Positions 18,087 to 20,000 of a stretch of 20,000 bases of DNA are shown here, piece after piece. The DNA comes from Bilabrum cf. latius. Its lineage: Eukaryota. Below the pieces are notes generated by a model, which made no database searches, was not told the DNA's origin, and was given only the letters and a program-made list of their open reading frames with translations. The number at the start of each line of letters is the position of its first letter. Positions within the stretch are counted from its first letter, which is position 1. The stretch is taken from assembly GCA_965178125.1 (NCBI GenBank), contig OZ237767.1, positions 788,522 through 808,521 on the forward strand, given 5' to 3'. The translations under genes were made by a program, and so were the position numbers.

Positions 18087-20000
18087 AATGTCATGCTGCT
18101 TGGGGTTTTAGCATGGTAACATTGAGTTTGTGCATGGCTACATGAGGATCTTGCAAATGTGTATGGGGGTATGTGCATGCCTACATGGGCGGTATGTCAT
18201 GCTACATGGGGTCTGTGTATGGCTACATTGGGTGTGTGCATGGCTACATGGAGATCGTGCAAATGTGTATGGGGGTATGTGCATGGCTACATGGGCGGTA
18301 TGTCATGCTACATGGGGTCTGTGTATGGCTACATGGGGTGTGTGCATGGCTACATGGAGATCGTGCAAATGTGTATGTGAGGAGTGTGTATGGCTACATG
18401 GGCGGTATGGCATGCTACATGGGGTGTGTGCATGGCTACATGGAGATCTTGTAAATGTGTATGGGGGTATGTGCATGGCTACATGGGCGGTATGTCATGC
18501 TACATGGGGTGTGTGCATGGCTACAATGGAGGTATGGCATGCTACATGGTGTGTGTGCATGGCTACATGGAGATCTTGCAAATGTGTATGGGGGTATGTG
18601 CATGGCTACATGAGCGGAATGGCATCCTACATGGGGTCTGTGCATGGCTACATGGAGATCTTGCAAATGTGTATGGGGGTATGTGCATGGCTACAATGGA
18701 GGTATGTCATGCTACATGGGGTGTGTGCATGGCTACATGGAGGTCTTGCAAATGTGTATGGGGGTATGTGCATGGCTACATGAGCGGAATGGCATGCTAC
18801 ATGGGGTCTGTGCATGGCTACATGGAGGTCTTGCAATTGTGTATGGGGGTATGTGCATGGCTACATGAGCGGTATATCATGCTACATGGGGTCTGTGTAT
18901 GGCTACATGGTGTGTGTGCATGGCTACATGGAGATCGTGCAAATGTGTATGTGAGGTGTGTGTATGGCTACATGGGCGGTATGGCATGCTACATGGGGTG
19001 TGTGCATGGCTACATGGAGGTCTTGCAAATGTGTATGGGGGTATGTGCATGGCTACATGAGCGGTATATCATGCTACATGGGGTCTGTGTATGGCTACAT
19101 GGTGTGTGTGCATCGCTACATGGAGATCGTGCAAATGTGTATGTGAGGTGTGTGTATGGCTACATGGGCGGTATGTCATGCTACATGGGGTGTGTGCATG
19201 GCTACAATGGAGGTATGGCATGCTACATGGTGTGTGTGCATGGCTACATGGAGATCTTGCAAATGTGTATGGGGGTATGTGCATGGCTACATGGGCGGTA
19301 TGTCATGCTACATGGGGTGTGTGCATGGCTACAATGGAGGTATGGCATGCTACATGGTGTGTGTGCATGGCTACATGGAGATCTTGCAAATGTGTATGGG
19401 GGTATGTGCATGGCTACATGAGCGGAATGGCATGCTACATGGGGTGTGTGCATGTCTACATGGAGGTCTTGCAAATGTGTATGGGGGTATGTGCATGGCT
19501 ACATGAGCGGTATATCATGCTACATGGGGTCTGTGTATGGCTACATGGTGTGTGTGCATGGCTACATGGAGATCGTGCAAATGTGTATGTGAGGTGTGTG
19601 TATGGCTACATGGGCGGTATGGCATGCTACATGGGGTGTGTGCATGGCTACATGGAGGTCTTGCAAATGTGTATGGGGGTATGTGCATGGCTACATGAGC
19701 GGTATATCATGCTACATGGGGTCTGTGTATGGCTACATGGTGTGTGTGCATCGCTACATGGAGATCGTGCAAATGTGTATGTGAGGTGTGTGTATGGCTA
19801 CATGGGCGGTATGTCATGCTACATGGGGTGTGTGCATGGCTACAATGGAGGTATGGCATGCTACATGGTGTGTGTGCATGGCTACATGGAGATCTTGCAA
19901 ATGTGTATGGGGGTATGTGCATGGCTACATGGGCGGTATGTCATGCTACATGGGGTGTGTGCATGGCTACATGGTGTGTGTGCATGGCTACATGGAGATC
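18087..20000. repeat. Complex G/T-rich minisatellite built on CATG(G)CTACATG, with ~20-22 and ~43-nt subunits and a ~638-bp higher-order period; runs off the window
   Basis: The core motif recurs throughout. Identical spurious ORFs lie at 18958/19596 and 19069/19707 (638-nt offset). Degenerate copies occur at the left edge, 18087-18130. Confidence 0.93.

Noticed and set aside
18130-19922. Met/Cys/Trp/His-rich ORFs up to 345 aa
   Set aside because: By-products of a minisatellite lacking stop triplets; the same peptides appear in all three frames.
11824-20000. CRISPR array
   Set aside because: The repeats are contiguous tandem units without unique spacers, there are no cas genes and the context is eukaryotic.

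Overview
Eukaryotic (probably protist) genomic DNA in two distinct halves. Bases 1-9976 hold six densely packed protein genes: a kinesin-14-type motor, a secreted QRT3/pectate-lyase-fold protein, a taxilin-like coiled-coil protein, an ankyrin-repeat protein, a Chtop/FOP-like protein and a Nopp140/SRP40-like nucleolar protein, with three GT-AG introns. The main observation is that five of the six genes are split only by in-frame TAG codons (17 counted by hand), one of them inside the conserved kinesin IN-x-SL motif. No internal TAA or TGA was found, and the genes end at TGA or TAA. This points to a nuclear genetic code in which UAG alone is a sense codon (most likely Gln) while UAA and UGA remain stops, a rare decoupling of UAA and UAG. 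After the last gene come a 53-bp subtelomeric minisatellite and about 160 TTAGGG repeats (10793-11762). These are followed, unexpectedly, by 8.2 kb of non-coding nested satellites: 155-, 167- and 410-bp units arranged in a ~3.4-kb macro-repeat, then a CATGGCTACATG minisatellite. The telomere is therefore either interstitial or marks a contig join.
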